Shown: one piece after another, positions 63,877 to 64,000 of the stretch
How positions within the stretch are numbered: position 1 is the stretch's first letter
How the letters are laid out: each line of letters starts with the position of its first letter
Source: Tubulanus polymorphus
Taxonomy: Eukaryota > Animalia > Nemertea
DNA length: 64,000 nt
NCBI RefSeq assembly: GCF_964204645.1
Contig: NW_027437463.1
Span: 25,944 to 89,943 of the forward strand
Direction of reading: 5' to 3'
Notes under the pieces: generated by a model
The model's input: only the letters and a program-made list of their open reading frames with translations
Told to the model about the DNA's origin: nothing
Database searches by the model: none
Program-made: the position numbers and the translations under genes

Positions 63877-64000
63877 ATATATATATAATAGTTTTCATAA
63901 AAATTAAAAACATAAAATTATTAATCTAAGTATAGAAATAGTTATAATATAATCTATTTTTATTATTATTAAGAGAAAACATATAATTTATTCATTTTTA

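Larger units (their letters stand above)
50330..64000 (+). mobile_element. Endogenous Polinton/Maverick-like virus, copy B (degenerate)
   Basis: Abrupt AT enrichment; pPolB, penton-like and major capsid-like genes and shared small ORFs collinear with copy A. The left boundary is approximate and the right end may lie beyond the window. Confidence 0.88.

Overview
AT-rich animal (probably invertebrate) genomic DNA. Two decaying copies of one Polinton/Maverick-like virus family bracket the window in opposite orientation: copy A (minus strand, 1-~8.0 kb, runs off the left edge) and copy B (plus strand, ~50.3-64.0 kb). Together they supply a protein-primed family B DNA polymerase (pPolB), a penton-like minor capsid, a putative major capsid and several membrane-type proteins. 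Three features stand out. (i) Copy A encodes a zinc-finger protein whose C-terminal half resembles the poxvirus late transcription factor VLTF3 (A2-like). (ii) Almost every viral ORF starts in a poxvirus-late-promoter-like context (T-run, ~6 nt spacer, TAAATG). (iii) The copy A polymerase carries a LAGLIDADG intein in the catalytic YFD|TD motif, while copy B has the empty allele. My inference is an endogenised virophage-like element that depends on a pox-like or other NCLDV helper. The ~42 kb between the copies is host DNA. It holds GPANK1 (single coding exon), PDRG1 (three coding exons, 17 kb first intron), a degenerate BEL/Pao LTR retrotransposon, LINE fragments, many MITE/Helentron-like repeats, a ~60-bp minisatellite and a ~190-bp satellite enclosed by perfect 39-bp TIRs. 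Family assignments come from motif recognition by eye; no database searches were run.
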